In this document: piece after piece, positions 27,801 through 41,800 of the stretch
How positions within the stretch are numbered: position 1 is the stretch's first letter
Layout of the letters: every line of letters starts with the position of its first letter
Assembly: GCF_009914755.1 (NCBI RefSeq)
Contig: NC_060943.1
Length of the DNA stretch: 64,000 bases
Source of the DNA: the human T2T-CHM13v2.0 reference genome, Homo sapiens
Direction: 5' to 3' (one strand)
The notes under the pieces: model-generated
What the model saw: the letters and a program-made list of their open reading frames with translations, nothing else
Told to the model about the DNA's origin: nothing
The model's database searches: none
Position numbers and translations under genes: made by a program

Positions 27801-30800
27801 TCCTTTGTGATGTGTGCGTTCAACTCACATAGTTCAACCTTTCTTTTCATAGAGCAGTTGGGAAACACTCTGTTTGTAAAGTCTGCAAGTGGATATTCAG
27901 ACTTCTTTGAGGCCTTCGTTGGAAGCGGGATTTCTTCATATTCTGCTAGACAGAAGAATTCTCAGTAACTTCCTTGTGTTGTGTGTATTCAACTCACAGA
28001 GTTGAAAGATCCTTTACACAGAGCAGACTTGAAACACTCTTTTTGTGGAATTTGCAAGTGGAGATTTCAGCCGCTTTGAGGTCAATGGTAGAATAGGAAA
28101 TATCTTCCTATAGAAACTAGACAGAATGATTTTCAGAAACTCCTTTGTGATGTGTGCATTCAACTCACAGAGTTTAACCTTTCTTTTCATAGAGCAGTTA
28201 GGAAACACTCTGTTTGTAAAGTCTGCAAGTGGATATTCAGATATCCTTGAGGTTTTCGTTGGAAACGGGATTTCTTCATATTCTGCTAGAAAGAAGAATT
28301 CTCAGTAACTTCCTTGTGTTGTGTGTATTCAACTCACAGAGTTGAACGATCCTTTACACAGAGCAGACTTGAAACACTCTTTTTGTGGAATTTGCAAGTG
28401 GAGATTTCAGCCGCTTTGAGGTCAATGGTAGAATAGGAAATATCTTCCTATAGAAACTAGACAGAATGATTCTCAGAAACTCCTTTGTGATGTGTGCGTT
28501 CAACTCACAGAGTTTAACCTTTCTTTTCATAGAGCAGTTAGGAAACACTCTGTTTGTAAAGTCTGCAAGTGGATATTCAGACCTCCTTAAGGCCTTCGTT
28601 GGAAACGGGATTTCTTCATATTATGCTAGACAGAAGAATTCTCAGTAACTTCCCTGTGTTGTGTGTATTCAACTCACAGAGTTGAACGATCCTTTACACA
28701 GAGCAGACTTGAAACACTCTTTTTGTGGAATTTGCAAGTGGAGATTTCAGCCGCTTTGAGGTCAATGGTAGAATAGGAAATATCTTCCTATAGAAACTAG
28801 ACAGAGTGATTCTCAGAAACTCCTTTGTGATGTGTGCGTTCAACTCACACAGTTTAACCTTTCTTATCATAGAGCAGTTAGGAAACACTCTGTTTGTAAA
28901 GTCTGCAAGTGGATATTCAGACCTCCTTGAGGCCTTCGTTGGAAACGGGATTTCTTCATATTATGCTACACATAAGAATTCTCAGTAACTTCCTTGTGTT
29001 GTGTGTATTCAACTCACAGAGTTGAACAATCCTTTACACAGAGCAGACTTGAAACACTCTTTTTGTGGAATTTGCAAGTGGAGATTTCAGCCGCTTTGAG
29101 TTCAATGGTAGAATAGGAAATATCTTCCTATAGAAACTAGACAGAATGATTCTCAGAAACTCCTTTGTGATGTGTGCGTTCAACTCACAGAGTTCAACCT
29201 TTCTTTTCATAGAGCAGTTGGGAAACACTCTGTTTGTAAAGTCTGCAAGTGGATATTCAGACTTCTTTGAGGCCTTCGTTGGAAGCGGGATTTCTTCATG
29301 TTCTGCTAGACAGAAGAATTTTCAGAAACTTCCTTGTGTTGTGTGTTTTCAACTCACAGAGTTGAACGATCCTTTACACAGAGCAGACTTGAAACACTCC
29401 TTTTGTGGAATTTGCAAGTGGAGATTTCAGCCGCTTTGAGGTCAATGGTAGAATAGGAAATATCTTCCTATAGAAAGTAGACAGAATGATTCTCAGAAAC
29501 TCCTTTGTGATGTGTGCGTTCAACTCACAGAGTTTAACCTTTCTTTTCATAGAGCAGTTAGGAAACACTCTGTTTGTAAAGTCTGCAAGTGGATATTCAG
29601 ACCTCCTTGAGGCCTTCGTTGGAAACGGGATTTCTTCATATTATGCTAGACAGAAGAATTCTCAGTAACTTCCTTGTGTTGTGTGTATTCAACTCACAGA
29701 GTTGAACGATCCTTTACACAGAGCAGACTTGAAACACTCTTTTTGTGGAATTTGCAAGTGGAGATTTCAGCCGCTTTGAGTTCAATGGTAGAATAGGAAA
29801 TATCTTCCTATAGAAACTAGACAGAATGATTCTCAGAAACTCCTTTGTGATGTGTGCGTTCAACTCACAGAGTTCAACCTTTCTTTTCATAGAGCAGTTG
29901 GGAAACACTCTGTTTGTAAAGTCTGCAAGTGCTTATTCAGACTTCTTTGAGGCCTTCGTTGGAAGCGGGATTTCTTCATATTCTGCTAGACAGAAGAATT
30001 CTCAGTAACTGCCTTGTGTTGTGTGTATTCAACTCACAGAGTTGAACGATCCTTTACACAGAGCAGACTTGAAACACTCTTTTTGTGGAATTTGCAAGTG
30101 GAGATTTCAGCCGCTTTGAGGTCAATGGTAGAATAGGAAATATCTTCCTATAGAAACTAGACAGAATGATTCTCAGAAACTCCTTCGTGATGTGTGCGTT
30201 CAACTCACAGAGTTTAACCTTTCTTTTCATAGAGCAGTTAGGAAACACTCTGTTTGTAAAGTCTGCAAGTGGATATTCAGACATCTTTGAGGCCTTCGTT
30301 GGAAACGGGATTTCTTCATGTTCTGCTAGACAAAAGAATTCTCAGAAACTTCCTTGTGTTGTGTGTTTTCAACTCACAGAGTTGAACGATGCTTTACACA
30401 GAGTAGACTTGAAACACTCTTTTTGTGTAATTTGCAAGTGGAGATTTCAGCCGCTTTGAGGTCAATGGTAGAAAAGGAAATATCTTCGTATAAAAACTAG
30501 ACAGAATGATTCTCAGAAACTCCTTTGTGATGTGTCCGTTCAACTCACACAGTTTAACCTTTCTTTTCATAGAGCAGTTAGGAAACACTCTGTTTGTAAT
30601 GTCTGCAAGTGGATATTCAGACCTCCTTGAGGCCTTCGTTGGAAACGGGATTTCTTCATATTATGCTAGACAGAAGAATTCTCAGTAACTTCCTTGTGTT
30701 GTGTGTATTCAACTCACAGAGTTGAACGATCCTTTACACAGAGCAGACTTGAAACACTCTTTTTGTGGAATTTGCAAGTGGAGATTTCAGCCGCTTTGAG

Positions 30801-33800
30801 GTCAATGGTAGAATAGGAAATATCTTCCTATAGAAACTAGACAGAATGATTCTCAGAAACTCCTTTGTGATGTGTGCGTTCAACTCACAGAGTTTAACCT
30901 TTCTTTTCATAGAGCAGTTAGGAAACACTCTGTTTGTAAAGTCTGCAAGTGGATATTCAGACATCCTTGAGGCTTTCGTTGGAAACGGGATTTCTTCATA
31001 TTCTGCTAGAAAGAAGAATTCTCAGTAACTTCCTTGTGTTGTGTGTATTCAACTCACAGAGTTGAACGATCCTTTACACAGAGCAGACTTGAAACACTCT
31101 TTTTGTGGAATTTGCAAGTGGAGATTTCAGCCGCTTTGAGTTCAATGGTAGAATAGGAAATATCTTCCTATAGAAACTAGACAGAATGATTCTCAGAAAC
31201 TCCTTTGTGATGTGTGCGTTCAACTCACAGAGTTCAACCTTTCTTTTAATAGAGCAGTTGGGAAACACTCTGTATGTAAAGTCTGCAAGTGGATATTCAG
31301 ACTTCTTTGAGGCCTTCGTTGGAAGCGGGATTTCTTCATATTCTGCTAGACAGAAGAATTCTCAGTAACTTCCTTGTGTTGTGTGTATTCAACTCACAGA
31401 GTTGAACGATCCTTTACACAGAGCAGACTTGAAACACTCTTTTTGTGGAATTTGCACGTGGAGATTTCAGCCGCTTTGAGGTCAATGGTAGAATAGGAAA
31501 TATCTTCCTATAGAAACTAGACAGAATGATTCTCAGAAACTCCTTTGTGATGTGTGCGTTCAACTCACAGAGTTTAACCTTTCTTTTCATAGAGCAGTTA
31601 GGAAACACTCTGTTTGTAAAGTCTGCAAGTGGATATTCAGACATCCTTGAGGCTTTCGTTGGAAACGGGATTTCTTCATATTCTGCTAGAAAGAAGAATT
31701 CTCAGTAACTTCCTTGTGTTGTGTGTATTCAACTCACAGAGTTGAACGATCCTTTACACAGAGCAGACTTGAAACACTCTTTTTGTGGAATTTGCAAGTG
31801 GAGATTTCAGCCGCTTTGAGGTCAATGGTAGAATAGGAAATATCTTCCTATAGAAACTAGACAGAATGATTCTCAGAAACTCCTTTGTGATGTGTGCGTT
31901 CAACTCACAGAGTTTAACCTTTCTTTTCATAGAGCAGTTGGGAAACACTCTGTTTGTAAAGTCTGCAAGTGGATATTCAGACATCCTTGAGGCTTTCGTT
32001 GGAAACGGGATTTCTTCATATTCTGCTAGAAAGAAGAATTCTCAGTAACTTCCTTGTGTTGTGTGTATTCAACTCACAGAGTTGAACGATCCTTTACACA
32101 GAGCAGACTTGAAACACTCTTTTTGTCGAATTTGCAAGTGGAGATTTCAGCCGCTTTGAGGTCAATGGTAGAATAGGAAATATCTTCCTATAGAAACTAG
32201 ACAGAATGATTCTCAGAAACTCCTTTGTGATGTGTGCGTTCAACTCACACAGTTTAACCTTTCTTTTCATAGAGCAGTTAGGAAACACTCTGTTTGTAAA
32301 GTCTGCAAGTGGATATTCAGACTTCCTTGAGGCCTTCGTTGGAAACGGGATTTCTTCATATTATGCTAGACAGAAGAATTCTCAGTAACTTCCTTGTGTT
32401 GTGTGTATTCAACTCACAGAGTTGAACGACCCTTTACACAGAGCAGACTTGAAACACTCTTTTTGTGGAATTTGCAAGTGGAGATTTCAGCTACTTTGAG
32501 TTCAATGGTAGAATAGGAAATATCTTCCTATAGAAACTAGACAGAATGATTCTCAGAAACTCCTTTGTGATGTGTGCGTTCAACTCACAGAGTTCAACCT
32601 TTCTTTTCATAGAGCAGTTGGGAAACCCTCTGTTTGTAAAGTCTGCAAGTGGATATTCAGACTTCTTTGAGGCCTTCGTTGGAAGCGGGATTTCTTCATG
32701 TTCTGCTAGACAGAAGAATTCTCAGAAACTTCCTTGTGTTGTGTGTTTTCAACTCACAGAGTTGAACGATCCTTTACACAGAGCAGACTTGAAACACTCC
32801 TTTTGTGGAATTTGCAAGTGGAGATTTCATCCGCTTTGAGGTCAATGGTAGAATAGGAAATATCTTCCTATAGAAAGTAGACAGAATGATTCTCAGAAAC
32901 TCCTTTGTGATGTGTGCGTTCAACTCACACAGTTTAACCTTTCTTTTCATAGAGCAGTTAGGAAACACTCTGTTTGTAAAGTCTGCAAGTGGATATTCAG
33001 ACCTCCTTGAGGCCTTCGTTGGAAACGGGATTTCTTCATATTCTGCTAGACAGAAGAATTCTCAGTAACTTCCTTGTGTTGTGTGTATTCAACTCACAGA
33101 GTTGAACGATGCTTTACACAGAGCAGACTTGAAACACTCTTTTTGTGGAATTTGCAAGTGGAGATTTCAGCCGCTTTGAGGTCAATGGTAGAATAGGAAA
33201 TATCTTCCTATAGAAACTAGACAGAATGATTCTCAGAAACTCCTTTGTGATGTGTGCGTTCAACTCACAGAGTTTAACCTTTCTTTTCATAGAGCAGTTA
33301 GGAAACACTCTGTTTGTAAAGTCTGCAAGTGGATATTCAGACATCTTTGAGGCCTTCGTTGGAAACGGGATTTCTTCATGTTCTGCTAGACAGAAGAATT
33401 CTCAGAAACTTCCTTGTGTTGTGTGTTTTCAACTCACAGAGTTGAACGATGCTTTACACAGAGTAGACTTGAAACACTCTTTTTGTGTAATTTGCAAGTG
33501 GAGATTTCAGCCGCTTTGAGGTCAATGGTAGAAAAGGAAATATCTTCGTATAAAAACTAGACAGAATGATTCTCAGAAACTCCTTTGTGATGTGTGCGTT
33601 CAACTCACAGAGTTTAACCTTTCTTTTCATAGAGCAGTTAGGAAACACTCTGTTTGTAAAGTCTGCAAGTGGATATTCAGACCTCCTTGAGGCCTTCGTT
33701 GGAAACGGGATTTCTTCATATTATGCTAGACAGAAGAATTCTCAGTAACTTCCTTGTGTTGTGTGTATTCAACTTCCAGAGTTGAACGATCCTTTACACA

Positions 33801-36800
33801 GAGCAGACTTGAAACACTCTTTTTGTGGAATTTGCAAGTGGAGATTTCAGCCGCTTTGAGGTCAATGGTAGAATAGGAAATATCTTCCTATAGAAACTAG
33901 ACAGAATGATTCTGAGAAACTCCTTTGTGATGTGTGCGTTCAACTCACACAGTTTAACCTTTCTTTTCATAGAGCAGTTAGGAAACACTCTGTTTGTAAA
34001 GTCTGCAAGTGGATATTCAGACCTCCTTGAGGCCTTCGTTGGAAACGGGATTTCTTCATATTATGCTAGACAGAAGAATTCTCAGTAACTTCCTTGTGTT
34101 GTGTGTATTCAACTCACAGAGTTGAACGATCCTTTACACAGAGCAGACTTGAAACACTCTTTTTGTGGAATTTGCAAGTGGAGATTTCAGCCGCTTTGAG
34201 TTCAATGGTAGAATAGGAAATATCTTCCTATAGAAACTAGACAGAATGATTCTCAGAAACTCCTTTGTGATGTGTGCGTTCAACTCACAGAGTTCAACCT
34301 TTCTTTTCATAGAGCAGTTGGGAAACACTCTGTTTGTAAAGTCTGCAAGTGGATATTCAGACTTCTTTGAGGCCTTCGTTGGAAGCGGGATTTCTTCATG
34401 TTCTGCTAGACAGAAGAATTCTCAGAAACTTCCTTGTGTTGTGTGTTTTCAACTCACAGAGTTGAACGATCCTTTACACAGAGCAGACTTGAAACACTCC
34501 TTTTGTGGAATTTGCAAGTGGAGATTTCAGCCGCTTTGAGGTCAATGGTAGAATAGGAAATATCTTCCTATAGAAAGTAGACAGAATGATTCTCAGAAAC
34601 TCCTTTGTGATGTGTGCGTTCAACTCACAGAGTTTAACCTTTCTTTTCATAGAGCAGTTAGGAAACACTCTGTTTGTAAAGTCTGCAAGTGGATATTCAG
34701 ACCTCCTTGAGGCCTTCGTTTGAAACGGTATTTCTTCATATTCTGCTAGACGGAAGAATTCTCAGTAACTTCCTTGTGTTGTGTGTATTCAACTCACAGA
34801 GTTGAACGATCCTTTACACAGAGCAGACTTGAAACACTCTTTTTGTGGCATTTGCAAGTGGAGATTTCAGCCGCTTTGAGTTCAATGGTAGAATAGGAAA
34901 TATCTTCCTATAGAAACTAGACAGAATGATTCTCAGAAACTCCTTTGTGATGTGTGCGTTCAACTCACAGAGTTCAACCTTTCTTTTCATAGAGCAGTTG
35001 GGAAACACTCTGTTTGTAAAGTCTGCAAGTGGATATTCAGACTTCTTTGAGGCCTTCGTTGGAAGCAGGATTTCTTCATATTCTGCTAGACAGAAGAATT
35101 CTCAGTAACTGCCTTGTGTTGTGTGTATTCAACTCACAGAGTTGAACGATCCTTTACACAGAGCAGACTTGAAACACTCTTTTTGTGGAACTTGCAAGTG
35201 GAGATTTCAGCCGCTTTGAGGTCAATGGTAGAATAGGAAATATCTTCCTATAGAAACTAGACAGAATGATTCTCAGAAACTCCTTTGTGATGTGTGCGTT
35301 CAACTCACAGAGTTTAACCTTTCTTTTCATAGAGCAGTTAGGAAACACTCTGTTTGTAAAGTCTGCAAGTGGATATTCAGACATCCTTGAGGCTTTCGTT
35401 GGAAACGGGATTTCTTCATATTCTGCTAGAAAGAAGAATTCTCAGTAACTTCCTTGTGTTGTGTGTATTCAACTCACAGAGTTGAACGATCCTTTACACA
35501 GAGCAGACTTGAAACACTCTTTTTGTTGAATTTGCAAGTGGAGATTTCAGCCGCTTTGAGGTCAATGGTAGAATAGGAAATATCTTCCTATAGAAAGTAG
35601 ACAGAATGATTCTCAGAAACTCCTTTGTGATGTGTGCGTTCAACTCACAGAGTTTAACCTTTCTTTTCATAGAGCAGTTAGGAAACACTCTGTTTGTAAA
35701 GTCTGCAAGTGGATATTGAGACATCTTTGAGGCCTTCGTTGGAAACGGGATTTCTTCATGTTCTGCTAGACAGAAGAATTCTCAGAAACTTCCTTGTGTT
35801 GTGTGTTTTGAACTCACAGAGTTGAACGATGCTTTACACAGAGTAGACTTGAAACACTCTTTTTGTGTAATTTGCAAGTGGAGATTTCAGCCGCTTTGAG
35901 GTCAATGGTAGAAAAGGAAATATCTTCGTATAAAAACAAGACAGAATGATTCTCAGAAACTCCTTTGTGATGTGTGCTTTCAACTCACAGAGTTTAACCT
36001 TTCTTTTCATAGAGCAGTTAGGAAACACTCTGTTTGTAAAGTCTGCAAGTGGATATTCAGACCTCCTTGAGTCCTTCGTTGGAAACGGGATTTCTTCATA
36101 TTATGCTAGACAGAAGAATTCTCAGTAACTTCCTTGTGTTGTGTGTATTCAACTCACAGAGTTGAACGATCCTTTACACAGAGCAGACTTGAAACACTCT
36201 TTTTGTGGAATTTGCAAGTGGAGATTTCAGCCGCTTTGAGGTCAATGGTAGAATAGGAAATATCTTCATACAGAAACTAGACAGAATGATTCTCAGAAAC
36301 TCCTTTGTGATGTGTGCGTTCAACTCACACAGTTTAACCTTTCTTTTCATAGAGCAGTTAGGAAACACTCTGTTTGTAAAGTCTGCAAGTGGATATTCAG
36401 ACCTCCTTGAGGCATTCGTTGGAAACGGGATTTCTTCATATTCTGCTAGAAAGAAGAATTCTCAGTAACTTCCTTGTGTTGTGTGTATTCAACTCACAGA
36501 GTTCAACGATCCTTTACACAGAGCAGACTTGAAACACTCTTTTTGTGGAATTTGCAAGTGGAGATTTCAGCCGCTTTGTGGTCAAAGGTAGAATAGGAAA
36601 TATCTTCCTATAGAAACTAGACAGAATGATTCTCAGAAACTCCTTTGTGATGTGTGCGTTCAACTCACAGAGTTTAACCTTTCTTTTCATAGAGCAGTTA
36701 GGAAACACTCTGTTTGTAAAGTCTGCAAGTGGATATTCAGACATCTTTGAGGCCTTCGTTGGAAAAGGGATTTCTTCATGTTCTGCTAGACAGAAGAATT

Positions 36801-38100
36801 CTCAGAAACTTCCTTGTGTTGTGTGTTTTCAACTCACAGAGTTGAACGATGCTTTACACAGAGTAGACTTGAAACACTCTTTTTGTGTAATTTGCAAGTG
36901 GAGATTTCAGCCGCTTTGAGGTCAATGGTAGAAAAGGAAATATCTTCGTATAAAAACTAGACAGAATGATTCTCAGAAACTCCTTTGTGATGTGTGCGTT
37001 CAACTCACAGAGTTTAACCTTTCTTTTCATAGAGCAGTTAGGAAACACTCTGTTTGTAAAGTCTGCAAGTGGATATTCAGACCTCCTTGAGGCCTTCTTT
37101 GGAAACGGGATTTCTTCATATTATGCTAGACAGAAGAATTCTCAGTAACTTCCTTGTGTTGTGTGTATTCAACTCACAGAGTTGAACGATCCTTTACACA
37201 GAGCAGACTTGAAACACTCTTTTTGTGGAATTTGCAAGTGGAGATTTCAGCCGCTTTGAGGTCAATGGTAGAATAGGAAATATCTTCATATAGAAACTAG
37301 ACAGAATGATTCTCAGAAACTCCTTTGTGATGTGTGCGTTCAACTCACACAGTTTAACCTTTCTTTTCATAGAGCAGTTAGGAAACACTCTGTTTGTAAA
37401 GTCTGCAAGTGGATATACAGACCTCCTTGAGGCATTCGTTGGAAACGGGATTTCTTCATATTATGCTAGACAGAAGAATTCTCAGTAACTTCCTTGTGTT
37501 GTGTGTATTCAACTCACAGAGTTGAACGATCCTTTACACAGAGCAGACTTGAACACTCTTTTTGTGGAATTTGCAAGTGGAGATTTCAGCCGCTTTGAGG
37601 TCAATGGTAGAATTGGAAATATCTTCCTATAGAAACTAGACAGAATGATTCTCAGAAACTCCTTTGTGATGTGTGCGTTCAACTCACAGAGTTCAACCTT
37701 TCTTTTCATAGAGCAGTTAGGAAACACTTTGTTTGTAAAGTCTGCAAGTGGATATTCAGACTTCTTTGAGGCCTTCGTTGGAAGCGGGATTTCTTCATGT
37801 TCTGCTAGACAGAAGAATTCTCAGAAACTTCCTTGTGTTGTGTGTTTTCAACTCACAGTGTTGAACCATCCTTTACACAGTGTAGACTTGAAACACTCTT
37901 TTTGTGGAATTTGCAAGTGGAGATTTCAGCCGCTTTGAGGTCAATGGTAGAAAAGGAAATATCTTCGTATAAAAACTAGACAGAATGATTCTCAGAAACT
38001 CCTTTGTGATGTGTGCGTTCAACTCACAGAGTTTAACCTTTCTTTTCATAGAGCAGTTAGGAAACACTCTGTTTGTAAAGTCTGCAAGTGGATATTCAGA
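24816..38100 (+). repeat. Paralogous copy of about 1-9500 joined to about 17700-22125 (older large duplication)
   Basis: Offset 24815 is marked by the 1-bp deletion GAGAAATCC ~265/25080, CAGAGGAATTC ~416/25231, ACTACAGAGA 581/25396 and CAGCTGCT 873/25688. Offset 24135 applies from about 6.8 kb. Offsets 15979/16319 apply to 17.7-22.1 kb (GGATATTGAG ~19392/35711, GTGGTCAAAGG 20599/36578, GTGTTGAACCATCC ~21880/37858). Confidence 0.9.
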
Positions 38101-38899
38101 CCTCCTTGAGGCCTTCATTGGAAATGGGATTTCTTCATATTATGCTAGACAGAAGAATTCTCAGTAACTTCCTTGTGTTGTGTGTATTCAACTCACAGAG
38201 TTGAACGATCCTTTACACAGAGCAGACTTGAAACACTCTTTTTGTGGAATTTGCAAGTGGAGATTTCAGCCGCTTTGAGGTCAATGGTAGAATAGGAAAT
38301 ATCTTCCTATAGAAACTAGACAGAATGATTCTGAGAAACTCCTTTGTGATGTGTGCGTTCAACTCACAGAGTTTAACCTTTCTTTTCATAGAGCAGTTAG
38401 GAAACACTCTGTTTGTAAAGTCTGCAAGTGGATATTCAGAACTCCTTGAGGGCTTCGTTGGAAACGGGATTTCTTCATATTATGCTAGACAGAAGAATTC
38501 TCAGTAACTTCCTTGTGTTGTGTGTATTCAACTCACAGAGTTGAACGATCCTTTACACAGAGCAGACTTGAAACACTCTTTTTGTGGAATTTGCAAGTGG
38601 AGATTTCAGCCGCTTTGAGTTCAATGGTAGAATAGGAAATATCTTCCTATAGAAACTAGACAGAATGATTCTCAGAAACTCCTTTGTGATGTGTGCGTTC
38701 AACTCACAGAGTTCAACCTTTCTTTTCATAGAGCAGTTGGGAAACACTCTGTTTGTAAAGTCTGCAAGTGGATATTCAGACTTCTTTGAGGCCTTCGTTG
38801 GAAGCGGGATTTCTTCATATTCTGCTAGACAGAAGAATTCTCAGTAACTTCCTTGTGTTGTGTGTATTCAACTCACAGAGTTGAACGATCCTTTACACA

Positions 38900-41800
38900 G
38901 AGCAGACTTGAAACACTCTTTTTGTGGAATTTGCAAGTGGAGATTTCAGCCGCTTTGAGGTCAATGGTAGAAAAGGAAATATCTTCGTATAAAAACTAGA
39001 CAGAATGATTCTCAGAAACTCCTTTGGGATGTGTGCGTTCAACTCACAGAGTTTAACCTTTCTTCTCATAGAGCAGTTAGGAAACACTCTGTTTGTAAAG
39101 TCTGCAAGTGGATATTCAGACCTCCTTGAGGCCTTCGTTGGAAACGGGATTTCTTCATATTATGCTAGACAGAAGAATTCTCAGTAACTTTCTTGTGTTG
39201 TGTGTATTCAACTCACAGAGTTGAACGATCCTTTACACAGAGCAGACTTGAAACACTCTTTTTGTGGAATTTGCAAGTGGAGATTTCAGCCGCTTTGAGG
39301 TCAATGGTAGAATAGGAAATATCTTCCTATACAAACTAGACAGAATGATTCTGAGAAACTCCTTTGTGATGTGTGCGTTCAACTCACAGAGTTTAACCTT
39401 TCTTTTCATAGAGCAGTTAGGAAACACTCTGTTTGTAAAGTCTGCAAGTGGATATTCAGACCTCCTTGAGGCCTTCGTTGGAAACGGGATTTCTTCATAT
39501 TATGCTAGACAGAAGAATTCTCAGTAACTTCCTTGTGTTGTGTGTATTCAACTCACAGAGTTGAACGATCCTTTACACAGAGCAGACTTGAAACACTCTT
39601 TTTGTGGAATTTGCAAGTGGAGATTTCAGCCGCTTTGAGGTCAATGGTAGAATAGGAAATATCTTCCTATAGAAACTAGACAGAATGATTCTGAGAAACT
39701 CCTTTGTGATGTGTGCGTTCAACTCACAGAGTTTAACCTTTCTTTTCATAGAGCAGTTAGGAAACACTCTGTTTGTAAAGTCTGCAAGTGGATATTCAGA
39801 CCTCCTTGAGGCCTTCGTTGGAAACGGGATTTCTTCATATTATGCTAGACAGAAGAATTCTCAGTAACTTCCTTGTGTTGTGTGTATTCAACTCACAGAG
39901 TTGAACGATCCTTTACACAGAGCAGACTTGAAACACTCTTTTTGTGGAATTTGCAAGTGGAGATTTCAGCCGTTTTGAGTTCAATGGTAGAATAGGAAAT
40001 ATCTTCCTATAGAAACTAGACAGAATGATTCTCAGAAACTCCTTTGTGATGTGTGCGTTCAACTCACAGAGTTCAACCGTTCTTTTCATAGAGCAGTTGG
40101 GAAACACTCTGTAAAGTCTGCAAGTGGATATTCAGACTTCTTTGAGGCCTTCGTTGGAAGCGGGATTTCTTCATATTCTGCTAGACAGAAGAATTCTCAG
40201 TAACTTCCTTGTGTTGTGTGTATTCAACTCACAGAGTTGAACGATCCTTTACACAGAGCAGACTTGAAACACTCTTTTTGTGGAATTTGCAAGTGGAGAT
40301 TTCAGCCGCTTTGAGGTCAATGGTAGAATAGGAAATATCTTCCTATAGAAACTAGACAGAATGATTCTCAGAAACTCCTTTGTGATGTGTGCGTTCAACT
40401 CACAGAGTTTAACCTTTCTTTTCATAGAGCAGTTAGGAAACACTCTGTTTGTAAAGTCTGCAAGTGGATATTCAGACATCCTTGAGGCTTTCGTTGGAAA
40501 CGGGATTTCTTCATATTCTGTTAGAAAGAAGAATTCTCAGTAACTTCCTTGTGTTGTGTGTATTCAAGTCACAGAGTTGAACGATCCTTTACACAGAGCA
40601 GACTTGAAACACTCTTTTTGTGGAATTTGCAAGTGGAGATTTCAGCCGCTTTGAGGTCAATGGTAGAATAGGAAATATCTTCCTATAGAAACTAGACAGA
40701 ATGATTCTCAGAAACTCCTTTGTGATGTGTGCGTTCAACTCACAGAGTTTAACCTTTCTTTTCATAGAGCAGTTAGGAAACACTCTGTTTGTAAAGTCTG
40801 CAAGTGGATATTCAGACATCTTTGAGGCCTTCGTTGGAAACGGGATTTCTTCATGTTCTGCTAGACAGAAGAATTCTCAGTAACTTCCTTGTGTTGTGTG
40901 TATTCAAGTCACAGAGTTGAATGATCCTTTACACAGAGCAGACTTGAAACACTCTTTTTGTGGAATTTCCAAGTGGAGATTTCAGCCGCTTTGAGTTCAA
41001 TGGTAGAATAGGAAATATCTTCCTATAGAAACTAGACAGAATGATTCTCAGAAACTCCTTTGTGATGTGTGCGTTCAACTCACAGAGTTCAACCTTTCTT
41101 TTCATAGAGCAGTTGGGAAACACTCTGTTTGTAAAGTCTGCAAGTGGATATTCAGACTTCTTTGAGGCCTTCGTTGGAAGCGGGATTTCTTCATATTCTG
41201 CTTGACAGAAGAATTCTCAGTAACTTCCTTGTGTTGTGTGTATTCAACTCACAGAGTTGAACGATCCTTTACACAGAACAGACTTGAAACACTCTTTTTG
41301 TGGAATTTGCAAGCGCAGATTTCAGCCGCTTTGAGGTCAATGGTAGAACAGGAAATATCTTCCTATAGAAACTAGACAGAATGATTCTCAGAAACTCCTT
41401 TGTGATATGTGCTTTCAACTCATAGAGTTCAACCTTTCTTTTCATAGAGCACTTGGGAAACACTCTGTTTGTAAAGTCTGCAAGTGGATATTCAGACTTC
41501 TTTGAGGCCTTCGTTGGAAGCGGGATTTCTTCATGTTCTGCTAGACAGAAGAATTCTCAGAAACTTCCTTGTGTTGTGTGTTTTCAACTCACAGAGTTGA
41601 ACGATCCTTTACACAGAGCAGACTTGAAACACTCCTTTTGTGGAATTTGCAAGTGGAGATTTCAGCCGCTTTGAGGTCAATGGTAGAATAGGAAATATCT
41701 TCCTATAGAAACTAGACAGAATGATTCTGAGAAACTCCTTTGTGATGTGTGCGTTCAACTCACAGAGTTTAACCTTTCTTTTCATAGAGCGGTTAGGAAA

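Noticed and set aside
26890-29321. Gain of a HindIII site (26890-26895) and loss of an EcoRI site (29316-29321)
   Set aside because: These are single point variants, useful as mapping markers but with no evident biological meaning.
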